Source: Octopus sinensis | Lineage: Eukaryota | DNA: 64,000 bases | Assembly (NCBI RefSeq): GCF_006345805.1 | Contig: NC_043019.1 | Coordinates: 310,001 to 374,000, forward strand | Reading direction: 5' to 3' | Part shown: in pieces, positions 1 to 11,900 of the stretch | Position numbering within the stretch: position 1 is the first letter of the stretch | How the letters are laid out: every line of letters starts with the position of its first letter | The notes under the pieces: model-generated | Told to the model about the DNA's origin: nothing | The model's database searches: none | What the model saw: only the letters and a program-made list of their open reading frames with translations | Position numbers and translations under genes: made by a program

Positions 1-10
1 CAGAACCATG

Positions 11-406
11 GGATCTTTTCGGTTTGAACGGCAGTTTTTAACATAATTTATAGGTAACTAAAAAAATTTAAACTTCGTATACTGGTAGAATGTGTTTATA
101 AAACATCTTTTTCTCTTGGCTTTTTTGAGAAAATTCTATGGTTTGTAAGATATTTGTTGTTTTTTTTTTCTTCAATTTCTGCAATTTCAACCAATCAGTG
201 ACGTCCATTGAGATAAAACACATTCTGTGCCGTATGAATATGTCCCTCGTTTAAGAAACAGATTGGGTTTATTTATATTTGTGAAGAAAAAAAGATCCCC
301 CCCACCGCTAACCCTTAAATAGATTGAAATGCAATAGATCGATACTAGGGTGACAATTTCATATGACACCGCTAGAAAAAAACTGCCGTTCAAACCGAAA
401 AAATCC
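11..406. mobile_element. Non-autonomous DNA transposon (MITE, Merlin-like), TIR GGATCTTTTCGGTTTGAACGGCAG
   Basis: Inverted termini; 8-bp TSD GAACCATG (3-10, 407-414). A duplicate lies near 9190-9590. Confidence 0.9.
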
Positions 407-459
407 GAACCATGTAGTATGGAAGGAAGCAAGCTTCTTACCACTCAGCCATGCTTGCT

Positions 460-689
460 GGCGAGCTGGCAGAACCGTTAGCACGCCGGGCGAAATGCGT
501 AGCCGTATTTCGTCTGCCGTTACGTTCTGGGTTCAAATTCCGCCGAGGTCCACTTTGCCTTTCATCCTTTCGGGGTCGATAAATTAAGTACCAGTTACGC
601 ACTGGGGTCGATGTAATCGACTTAATACCTATGTCTGTCCTTGTTTGTCCCTTCTGTGTTTAGCCCCTTGTAGGCAGTAAAGAAATAGC
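460..689 (+). mobile_element. tRNA-derived SINE family A, full length
   Basis: A-box-like GGCGAGCTGGCAGAA, B-box GGTTCAAATTCC, tail GTAAAGAAATA; many copies in the window. Confidence 0.85.
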
Positions 690-1191
690 TATACCAAGTA
701 TTATATGAATCCGTAGCTCCAAGTTAAAACGAATAAATAAATAAATAAATAGATAAAACTCGGTGACGGCGTACGTGAGCTCTCACACTTCACGCTCAAT
801 TACTTCTCAATGAGAAGTTTGACCAGCAAGCGAAATCAGTTAATAAAGTAGGTTAAACAGCACACTTCAAGAAGCACGTGGCCTAGCGCAGTAAGGCAGC
901 GCGTCAAGTGTCGAAGCAGCAGCGGCAGCGGGGAACAGAGTGCTTGGAAGCCATCAGCTGATAAATGATTTTTAGCTTACTTAAAACAGCCTACTCGCCT
1001 CGACTACGTCTACACCTTTTAAAACATTTTAAAGCGCTCCCACCGGGTGTTTACGTGTATTATTCAATTATTTCTTACTGGTCTGTCGAGTACGCGGAGA
1101 AGTCAGTAGCCTTGAGTGCGTGCATACACATCTGAGGAAAGGCAAGTCACGCTTCTATTACCTTTGTTTAGCAGTCTACTAGTACAACGTG

Positions 1192-1587
1192 TGGAGGCGC
1201 AATGGCCCAGTGGTTAGGGCAGCGGACTCGCGGTCGGAGGATCGCGGTTTCGATTCCCAGACCGGGCGTTGTGTGTGTTTATTGAGCGAAAACACCTAAA
1301 GCTCCACGATGCTCCGGCAGGGGGTGGGTGGGGTGGCGACCCCTGTTGTACTCTTTCGCCTCAACTTTCTCTCACTCCACTCTTACTTCCTGTTTCTGTT
1401 GTACCTGTATTTCAAGGGGCCGGCCTTGTCACTCTCTGTGTCACGCTGAATATCACTGAGAACTACGTTAAGGGTGCACGTGTCTGTGGAGTGCTCAGCC
1501 ACTTACACGTTAATTTCACGAGCAGGCTGTTCCGTTGATTCGGATCAACCGGAACCCTCATCGTCGTAACCGACGGAGTGCTTCCAT
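1192..1587 (+). mobile_element. tRNA-derived SINE family B
   Basis: Head GTGGAGGCGCAATGGCCCAGTGGTTAGGGCAG with B-box GTTTCGATTCC; TSD ACTAGTACAAC. A duplicate lies near 10376. Confidence 0.88.
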
Positions 1588-1619
1588 CACTAGTACAACA
1601 CCATTGGACTAAATAATTC

Positions 1620-2026
1620 GGATCTTTTCGGTTTGAACGGCATTTCTTTCTAGCGGTGTCATATGAAATTGTCACCCATAATTATGACCCTAGTATCGAT
1701 CTATTGCATTTCAATCTGTTTTAGGGTTACAGTTAGAGTTAGGGTTAGGGTTAGGGGTGTGGGGAAGGATATCTTTTTTCTTCAGAAATGTAAGTAAACA
1801 CAATCTGTTTCTTAAACGAGGGACATACTCATACGTCAGTGATTGGTTGAAATTGCAGAAATTGAAGACAGAAAAGCAACAAATATCTTACAAACTATAG
1901 AATTTTCTCAATAAGGCCAAGAGAAAAAGATGTGTTATAAACACATTCTATCAGAATACGAAGTTTAAAAGTGTTTGATTACGTGGAAATTATTTAAAAA
2001 AACTGCCGGTCAAACCGAAAATATCC
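1620..2026. mobile_element. Same MITE family, with internal TTAGGG repeats
   Basis: TIRs; TSD AATAATTC (1612-1619, 2027-2034). A duplicate lies near 10800-11210. Confidence 0.9.
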
Positions 2027-2219
2027 AATAATTCTTTCTACTATAGAGAGAAGACCCGAAATTTTGTTGCGCGGGTATAGCCGATTCGCTCGAGCACTCA
2101 ATTCGTGCTTATTTGATCGACCCTGAAAGCATAAAAGGCAAAGTTAACATCGGCGAAATTTCAGCTCAGAATATAAAAAAGCCGGGGACGAATACCGCAA
2201 GGTATTTTAACCAACGGAA

Positions 2220-2451
2220 GGCGGCGAGCGGGCAGAAACGTTAGCACACCGGGCGAAATGCGTGGCCGTATTTCGTCTGCCGTTACGTTCTGAGTTCAAA
2301 TTCCTCCGAGTTCGACTTTGCCTTTCATCCTTTCGGGGTCGATAAATTAAGTACCAGTTACGCACTGGGGTCGATATAATCGACTTAATCCGTTTGTCTG
2401 TCCTTGTTTGTCCCCTCTGTGTTTAGCCCCTTGTGGGTAGTAAAGAAATAG
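2220..2451 (+). mobile_element. SINE family A
   Basis: Full-length match to the other family A copies. Confidence 0.85.
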
Positions 2452-2925
2452 GTATTTTAACCAATGGGCTAACGATTCTGTCAGTTCCCCTACTTAGTGA
2501 AGCCAACTAGCTCCTCCCACTACTACTACGCATGTTTTGTATGCTTCTTACGAAGCACCGCACCTCCCTTGCTATCCTCCGCGGCAACGCCTTTTCCATT
2601 TTGTCTGCTGGTGCCATGAGTTATGTTAGAAGAAAGTGGCCCTTAACTCTGTCAGTCTAGAATTGTTCCCCACCACTTTATTTTCATGAACTAATGAAAA
2701 TATTCCCTGAATAATATTTGTCTACATATATACACAAACTAGCAACGGGCAGGTAGATGTTTCATACGAAGCAAGCAGGCTCTTAAGTGAGCTAAAAATC
2801 ATTGGCTGACTGTTTATCAGCTGACAGCTTCCTGCTGTCTATTCCCCGTTGCCCCATTCCCCAGTTGACAGCCTTTATATATATATTAGGCCACATGCTT
2901 ATTGAAACATTTATAGGAAGCCTGC

Positions 2926-3142
2926 AGAATCGTTAGCGCGCCGGGCGAAATGCGTAGACGTATTTCGTCTGCCGTTACATTCTGAGTTCAAATTCCGCCG
3001 AGGTCGACTTTGCCTTTCATCCTTTCGGGGTCGATAAATTAAGTACCAGTTACGCACTGAGGTCGATGTAATCGACTTAATCCGTTTGTCTGTCCTCGTT
3101 TGTCCCCCTCTATGTTTAGCCCCTTGTGGGTAGTAAAGAAAT
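2926..3142 (+). mobile_element. SINE family A with 17-bp TSD
   Basis: TSD ATTTATAGGAAGCCTGC at 2909-2925 and 3143-3159. Confidence 0.9.
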
Positions 3143-3304
3143 ATTTATAGGAAGCCTGCTTAATAGAAGCGCGTATTTTACAACTTTTAACGGGCTTACA
3201 ATTTCGCTTGCCGTCAAGCTTCTCATTTCAGCACATGTATAGCGCCACCTACCCTTTTCATTCTTTTCTTCCCCCCAATTAGCTCAATATTGAAGCTGCG
3301 GATT

Positions 3305-6300
3305 CACGCCGGGAGAAATGCTTAACAGTATTTCGTCTGCCGTTACGTTCTGAGTTCAAATTCCGCCGAGGTCGACTTTGCCTTTCATCCTTTCGGGGTC
3401 GATAGATAAAGTACCAGTTACGCACTGGAGTCGATATAATCGACTTAATCCGTTTGTCTGTCCTTGTTTGTCCCCTCTGTGTTTAGCCCGTTGTGGGTAG
3501 TAAAGAAATTGATATTTTGTCTGCCGTTACGTTCTGAGTTCAAATTCCGCCGAGGCCGACTTTGCCTTTCATCCTTTCGGGGTCGATAGATAAAGTACCA
3601 GTTACGCACTGGAGTCGATATAATCGACTTAATCCGTTTGTCTGTCCTTGTTTGTCCCCTCTGTGTTTAGCCCCTTGTGGGTAGTAAAGAAATTGATATT
3701 TTGTCTGCCGTTACGTTCTGAGTTCAAATTCCGCCGAGGTCGACTTTGCCTTTCATCCTTTCGGGGTCGATAAATTAGGTACCAGTTACGCACTGGAGTC
3801 GATATAATCGACTTAATCCGCTTGTCTGTCCTTGTTTGTCCCCCTCTGTGTTTAGCCCCTTGTGGGTAGTAAAGAAATTGATATTTTGTCTGCCGTTACG
3901 TTCTGAGTTCAAATTCCGCCGAGGCCGACTTTGCCTTTCATCCTTTCGGGGTCGATAGATAAAGTACCAGTTACGCACTGGAGTCGATATAATCGACTTA
4001 ATCCGTTTGTCTGTCCTTGTTTGTCCCCTCTGTGTTTAGCCCCTTGTGGGTAGTAAAGAAATTGATATTTTGTCTGCCGTTACGTTCTGAGTTCAAATTC
4101 CGCCGAGGCCGACTTTGCCTTTCATCCTTTCGGGGTCGATAGATAAAGTACCAGTTACGCACTGGAGTCGATATAATCGACTTAATCCGTTTGTCTGTCC
4201 TTGTTTGTCCCCTCTGTGTTAGCCCCTTGTGGGTAGTAAAGAAATTGATATTTTGTCTGCCGTTACGTTCTGAGTTCAAATTCCGCCGAGGCCGACTTTG
4301 GCCTTTCATCCTTTCGGGGTCGATAGATAAAGTACCAGTTACGCACTGGAGTCGATATAATCGACTTAATCCGTTTGTCTGTCCTTGTTTGTCCCCTCTG
4401 TGTTTAGCCCCTTGTGGGTAGTAAAGATTGGTATTTTGTCTGCCGTTACGTTCTGAGTTCAAATTCCGCCGAGGCCGACTTTGCCTTTCATCCTTTCGGG
4501 GCGATTATTAAGTACCAGTTAAGCACTGGGGTCGATATGATCGACTTAATCCGCTTGTCTGTCCCCTTTGTGTTTAGCCCCTTGTGGGTAGTAAAGAAAT
4601 TGATATTTTGTCTGCCGTTACGTTCTGAGTTCAAATTCCGCCGAGGCCGACTTTGCCTTTCATCCTTTCGGGGTCGATAGATAAAGTACCAGTTACGCAC
4701 TGGAGTCGATATAATCGACTTAATCCGTTTGTCTGTCCTTGTTTGTCCCCTCTGTGTTTAGCCCCTTGTGGGTAGTAAAGAAATTATATTTTGTCTGCCG
4801 TTACGTTCTGAGTTCAAATTCCGCCGAGGTCGACTTTGCCTTTCATCCTTTCGGGGTCGATAGATAAAGTACCAGTTACGCACTGGAGTCGATATAATCG
4901 ACTTAATCCGTTTGTCTGTCCTTGTTTGTCCCCTCTGTGTTTAGCCCGTTGTGGGTAGTAAAGAAATTGATATTTTGTCTGCCGTTACGTTCTGAGTTCA
5001 AATTCCGCCGAGGCCGACTTTGCCTTCATCCTTTCGGGGTCGATAGATAAAGTACCAGTTACGCACTGGAGTCGATATAATCGACTTAATCCGTTTGTCT
5101 GTCCTGTTTGTCCCCTCTGTGTTTAGCCCCTTGTGGGTAGTAAAGAAATTGATATTTTGTCTGCCGTTACGTTCTGAGTTCAAATTCCGCCGAGGTCGAC
5201 TTTGCCTTTCATCCTTTCGGGGTCGATAAATTAGGTACCAGTTACGCACTGGAGTCGATATAATCGATTTAATCCGCTTGTCTGTCCTTGTTTGTCCCCC
5301 TCTGTGTTTAGCCCTTGTGGGTAGTAAAGAAATTGATATTTTGTCTGCCGTTACGTTCTGAGTTCAATTCCGCCGAGGCCGACTTTGCCTTTCATCCTTT
5401 CGGGGTCGATAGATAAAGTACCAGTTACGCACTGGAGTCGATATAATCGACTTAATCCGTTTGTCTGTCCTTGTTTGTCCCCTCTGTGTTAGCCCCTTGT
5501 GGGTAGTAAAGAAATTGATATTTTGTCTGCCGTTACGTTCTGAGTTCAAATTCCGCCGAGGCCGACTTTGCCTTTCATCCTTTCGGGGTCGATAGATAAA
5601 GTACCAGTTACGCACTGGAGTCGATATAATCGACTTAATCCGTTTGTCTGTCCTTGTTTGTCCTCTCTGTGTTTAGCCCCTTGTGGGTAGTAAAGAAATT
5701 GGTATTTTGTCTGCCGTTACGTTCTGAGTTCAAATTCCGCCGAGGCCGACTTTGCCTTTCATCCTTTCGGGGTCGATTAATTAAGTACCAGTTAAGCACT
5801 GGGGTCGATATGATCGACTTAATCCGCTTGTCTGTCCCCTTTGTGTTTAGCCCCTTGTGGGTAGTAAAGAAATTGATATTTTGTCTGCCGTTACGTTCTG
5901 AGTTCAAATTCCGCCGAGGCCGACTTTGCCTTTCATCCTTTCGGGGTCGATAGATAAAGTACCAGTTACGCACTGGAGTCGATATAATCGACTTAATCCG
6001 TTTGTCTGTCCTTGTTTGTCCCCTCTGTGTTTAGCCCCTTGTGGGTAGTAAAGAAATTGATATTTTGTCTGCCGTTACGTTCTGAGTTCAAATTCCGCCG
6101 AGGCCGACTTTGCCTTTCATCCTTTCGGGGTCGATAGATAAAGTACCAGTTACGCACTGGAGTCGATATAATCGACTTAATCCGTTTGTCTGTCCTTGTT
6201 TGTCCCCTCTGTGTTTAGCCCCTTGTGGGTAGTAAAGAAATTGATATTTTGTCTGCCGTTACGTTCTGAGTTCAAATTCCGCCGAGGCCGACTTTGCCTT

Positions 6301-8243
6301 TCATCCTTTCGGGGTCGATAGATAAAGTACCAGTTACGCACTGGAGTCGATATAATCGACTTAATCCGTTTGTCTGTCCTTGTTTGTCCCCTCTGTTTTA
6401 GCCCCTTGTGGGTAGTAAAGAAATTGATATTTTGTCTGCCGTTACGTTCTGAGTTCAAATTCCGCCGAGGCCGACTTTGCCTTTCATCCTTTCGGGGTCG
6501 ATAGATAAAGTACCAGTTACGCACTGGAGTCGATATAATCGACTTAATCCGTTTGTCTGTCCTTGTTTGTCCCCTCTGTGTTTAGCCCCTTGTGGGTAGT
6601 AAAGAAATTGATATTTTGTCTGCCGTTACGTTCTGAGTTCAAATTCCGCCGAGGCCGACTTTGCCTTTCATCCTTTCGGGGTCGATAGATAAAGTACCAG
6701 TTACGCACTGGAGTCGATATAATCGACTTAATCCGTTTGTCTGTCCTTGTTTGTCCCCTCTGTGTTTAGCCCCTTGTGGGTAGTAAAGAAATTGATATTT
6801 TGTCTGCCGTTACGTTCTGAGTTCAAATTCCGCCGAGGCCGACTTTGCCTTTCATCCTTTCGGGGTCGATAGATAAAGTACCAGTTACGCACTGGAGTCG
6901 ATATAATCGACTTAATCCGTTTGTCTGTCCTTGTTTGTCCCTCTGTGTTTAGCCCCTTGTGGGTAGTAAAGAAATTGATATTTTGTCTGCCGTTACGTTC
7001 TGAGTTCAAATTCCGCCGAGGCCGACTTTGCCTTTCATCCTTTCGGGGTCGATAGATAAAGTACCAGTTACGCACTGGAGTCGATATAATCGACTTAATC
7101 CGTTTGTCTGTCCTTGTTTGTCCCCTCTGTGTTTAGCCCCTTGTGGGTAGTAAAGAAATTGATATTTTGTCTGCCGTTACGTTCTGAGTTCAAATTCCGC
7201 CGAGGCCGACTTTGCCTTTCATCCTTTCGGGGTCGATCGATAGATAAAGTACCAGTTACGCACTGGAGTCGATATAATCGACTTAATCCGTTGTCTGTCC
7301 TTGTTGGTCCCCTCTGTGTTTAGCCCCTTGTGGGTAGTAAAGAAATTGATATTTTGTCTGCCGTTACGTTCTGAGTTCAAATTCCGCGAGGCCGACTTTG
7401 CCTTTCATCCTTTCGGGGTCGATTAATTAAGTACCAGTTAAGCACTGGGGTCGATATGATCGACTTAATCCGCTTGTCTGTCCCCTTTGTGTTTAGCCCC
7501 TTGTGGGTAGTAAAGAAATTGATATTTTGTCTGCCGTTACGTTCTGAGTTCAAATTCCGCCGAGGCCGACTTTGCCTTTCATCCTTTCGGGGTCGATAGA
7601 TAAAGTACCAGTACGCACTGGAGTCGATATAATCGACTTAATCAGTTTGTCTGTCCTTGTTTGTCCCCCTCTGTGTTTAGCCCCTTGTGGGTAGTAAAGA
7701 AAGTGTATTTTTGTGTCTGCCGTTACGTTCTGAGTTCAAATTCCGCCGAGGCCGACTTTGCCTTTCATCCTTTCGGGGTCGATAGATAAAGTACCAGTTA
7801 CGCACTGGAGTCGATAATCGACTTAATCCGTTTGTCTGTCCTTGTTTGTCCCCTCTGTGTTTAGCCCCTGTGGGTAGTAAAGAAATTGGTATTTTGTCTG
7901 CCGTTACGTTCTGAGTTCAAATTCCGCCGAGGCCGACTTTGCCTTTCATCCTTTCGGGGTCGATTAATTAAGTACCAGTTAAGCACTGGGGTCGATATGA
8001 TCGACTTAATCCGCTTGTCTCCCCTTTGTGTTTAGCCCTTGTGGGTAGTAAAGAAATTGATATTTTGTCTGCCGTTACGTTCTGAGTTCAAATTCCGCCG
8101 AGGCCGACTTTGCCTTTCATCCTTTCGGGGTCGATTAATTAAGTACCAGTTACGCACTGGGGTCGATATAATCGACTTAATCCGCTTGTCTGTCCTTGTT
8201 TGTCCCCCTCTATGTTTAGCCCCTTGTGGGCAGTAAAGAAATA
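3305..8243 (+). repeat. SINE-derived tandem satellite, 27 units of ~184 bp (variant units ~173 bp)
   Basis: Counted 27 GTTCTGAGTTCAA anchors. The unit equals SINE family A from just before its B-box to its 3' tail. Confidence 0.97.
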
Positions 8244-8271
8244 GGATTCATATACACATTTGCCAGTGTGG

Positions 8272-8706
8272 GCGCAAGCGTGGCTGTGTGGTAAGACGCT
8301 TGCTTCCCAGCCACATGCGTGGCGCCTTGGGCAAGTCTTTTCTACTATTGCTTCAGATCAATCAAGCCTTGCAAGTGGAATTAGTAGAATGAAATTGAAA
8401 GAAGCCGCTGGCGGGGATGTGTGGTAAGTAGCTTGCTTACCAGCCACATGGTTCCGGGTTCAGTCCCACTGCGTGGCACCTTGGGCAAGTAAGTGTCTTC
8501 TGCTATAGCCTCGGCCGACCAAAGCCTTGTGAGTGGATTTTGGTAGACGGAAACTGAAAGAAGCCCGTCAAGATTATCAGCCGAAATTACTACGATGATC
8601 CGTTCTTGACTGAAGACTGAGGGGTTCGAATGTCCTGTCCATGTTTATTGTATCGTCTTCTATGAGTTATACGTTCTTGTCCATGTTGTATTTTCTACAT
8701 ACCTTA

Positions 8707-8749
<43 letters not shown>

Positions 8750-8980
8750 GTGTGTGTGTGTATATGTTTATGTGTCTGTGTTTGTACCTCCAACATCGCT
8801 TGACAACCGATGCTGATGTGTTTACGTCCCCCCGTAAATTAGCGGTTCGGCAAAAGAGACCGATAGAATAAGTACTAGGCTTACAAAGAATAAGTCCCTG
8901 GGTCGATATGCTCGACTAAAGGCGGTGCTCCAGCATGGCCGCAGTCAAATGACTGAAACAAGTAAAAGAGTAAAAGAGTA
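8272..8980 (+). mobile_element. SINE family C (CORE-like ACCTTGGGCAAGT), partly duplicated and interrupted
   Basis: Head GCGTGGCTGTGTGGTAAG; tail GAAACAAGTAAAAGAGTAAAAGAG. Confidence 0.8.
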
Positions 8981-11900
8981 TTCCCCATCTGAGATTCTTC
9001 GGATGAACAAATGCACACACCTGAGTGTATGCGTCGAGAGTTCAATCAACACAGAACCCATCACGACATATTTACAACCACCGGAAGTCTCCTAACTAAA
9101 AAAGGGTTTGTTGTTTTATTAGCGACCGCGGCTTGAACTCTTATAAGAATTTAAAGGTGCCGCGCAGAGTGACTGAAGCCAGAACCATGGGATCTTTTCG
9201 TTTGGTTTGAATGGCAGTTTTTAACATAATTTCTAGGTAACTAAAAAAATTTAAACTTCGTATACTGGTAGAATGTGTTTATAAAACATCTTTTTCTCTT
9301 GGCTTTTTTCAGAAAATTCTATAGTTTGTAAGATATTTGTTGTTTTTTTTTCTTCAATTTCTGCAATTTCAACCAATCAGTGACGTCCATTGAGATAAAA
9401 CACATTCTGTGCCGTATGAATATGTCCCTCGTTTAAGAAACAGATTGGGTTTATTTATATTTGTGAAGAAAAAAGATCCCCCCCCCCACCGCTAACCGTT
9501 AAACAGATTGAAATGCAATAGATCGATACTAGGGTGACAATTTCATATGATACCGCTAGAAAAAAACTGCCGTTCAAACCGAAAAAATTCGAACCATGTA
9601 GTATGGAAGGAAGCAAGCTTCTTACCACTCAGCCCTGCTTGCTGGCGAGCTGGCAGAACCGTTAGCACGCCGGGCGAAATGCGTAGCCGTATTTCGTCTG
9701 CCGTTACGTTCTGGGTTCAAATTCCGCCGAGGTCCACTTTGCCTTTCATCCTTTCGGGGTCGATAAATTAAGTACCAGTTACGCACTGGGGTCAATGTAA
9801 TCGACTTAATACCTATGTCTGTCCTTGTTTGTCCCTTCTGTGTTTAGCCCCTTGTAGGCAGTAAAGAAATAGCTATACCAAGTATTATATGAATCCGTAG
9901 CTCCAAGTTAAAACGAATAAATAAATAAATAAATAGATAAAACTCGGTGACGGCGTACGTGAGCTCTCACACTTCACGCTCAATTACTTCTCAATGAGAA
10001 GTTTGACCAGCAAGCGAAATCAGTTAATAAAGTAGGTTAAACAGCAACACTCAAGAAGGACGTGGCCTAGCGCAGTAAGGCAGCGCGTCAAGTGTCGAAG
10101 CAGCAGCGGCAGCGGGGAACAGAGTGCTTGGAAGCCATCAGCTGATAAATGATTTTTAGCTTACTTAAAACAGCCTACTCGCCTCGACTACGTCTACACC
10201 TTTTAAAACATTTTAAAGCGCCCCCACCGGGTGTTTACGTGTATTATTCAATTATTTCTAACTGGTCTGTCGAGTACGCGGAGAAGTCAGTAGCCTTGAG
10301 TGCGTGCATACACATCTGAGGAAAGGCAAGTCACGCTTCTATTACCTTTGTTTAGCAGTCTACTAGTACAACGTGTGGAGGCGCAATGGCCCAGTGGTTA
10401 GGGCAGCGGACTCGCGGTCGGAGGATCGCGGTTTCGATTCCCAGACCGGGCGTTGTGTGTGTTTATTGAGCGAAAACACCTAAAGCTCCACGATGCTCCG
10501 GCAGGGGGTGGGTGGGGTGGCGACCCCTGTTGTACTCTTTCGCCTCAACTTTCTCTCACTCCACTCTTACTTCCTGTTTCTGTTGTACCTGTATTTCAAG
10601 GGGCCGGCCTTGTCACTCTCTGTGTCACGCTGAATATCACTGAGAACTACGTTAAGGGTGCACGTGTCTGTGGCGTGCTCAGCCACTTACACGTTAATTT
10701 CACGAGCAGGCTGTTCCGTTGATTCGGATCAACCGGAACCCTCATCGTCGTAACCGACGGAGTGCTTCCATCACTAGTACAACACCATTGGACTAAATAA
10801 TTCGGATCTTTTCGGTTTGAACGGCATTTCTTTCTAGCGGTGTCATATGAAATTGTCACCCATAATTATGACCCTAGTATCGATCTATTGCATTTCAATC
10901 TGTTTTAGGGTTACAGTTAGAGTTAGGGTTAGGGTTAGGGGTGTGGGGAAGGATATCTTTTTTCTTCAGAAATGTAAGTAAACACAATCTGTTTCTTAAA
11001 CAGGGACATACTCATACGTCAGTGATGGGTGAAATTGCAGAAATTGAAGACAGAAAAGCAAACAAATATCTTACAAACTATAGAATTTTCTCAATAAGGC
11101 CAAGAAAAAAGATGTTATTAAACACATTCTATCAGAATACGAAGTTTAAAAAGTGTTTAATTACGTGGAAATTATTTAAAAAAACTGCCGGTCAAACCGA
11201 AAATATCCAATAATTCTTTCTACTATAGAGAGAAGACCCGAAATTTTGTTGCGCGGGTATAGCCGATTCGCTCGAGCACTCAATTCGTGCTTATTTGATC
11301 GACCCCTGAAGCATAAAAGGCAAAGTTAACATCGGCGAAATTTCAGCTCAGAATATAAAAAAGCCGGGGACGAATCCGCAAGGTATTTTAACCAACGGAA
11401 GGCGGCGAGCGGGCAGAAACGTTAGCACACCGGGCGAAATGCGTGGCCGTATTTCGTCTGCCGTTATGTTCTGAGTTCAAATTCCTCCGAGTTCGACTTT
11501 GCCTTTCATCCTTTCGGGGTCGATAAATTAAGTACCAGTTACGCACTGGGGTCGATATAATCGACTTAATCCGTTTGTCTGTCCTTGTTTGTCCTCTCTG
11601 TGTTTAGCCCCTTTGGGTAGTAAAGAAATAGTTTTTAACCAATGGGCTAACGATTCTGTCAGTTCCCCTACTTAGTGAAGCCAACTAGCTCCTCCCACTA
11701 CTACTACGCATGTTTTGTGTGCTTCTACGAAGCACCGCACCTCCTTGCTATCCTCCGCGGCAACGCCTTTTCCATTTTGTCTGCTGGTGCCATGAGTTAT
11801 GTTAGAAGAAAGTGGCCCTAACTCTGTCAGTCTAGAATTGTTCCCACCACTTTATTTTCATGAACTAATGAAAATATTTCCCTGAATAATATTTAAACTA

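Larger units (their letters stand above)
1..8980 (+). repeat. Segmental duplication, copy 1 (begins before the window)
   Basis: Position 1 aligns with 9180; identical order of MITE, SINEs, unique spacers and satellite. Confidence 0.95.

Noticed and set aside
1192-1270. tRNA genes at SINE heads
   Set aside because: A/B boxes are present but there is no closing acceptor stem; the heads continue into SINE bodies with TSDs.
3305-8243. CRISPR-like regular array
   Set aside because: Whole units are repeated with no unique spacers, no cas genes, and the context is eukaryotic.
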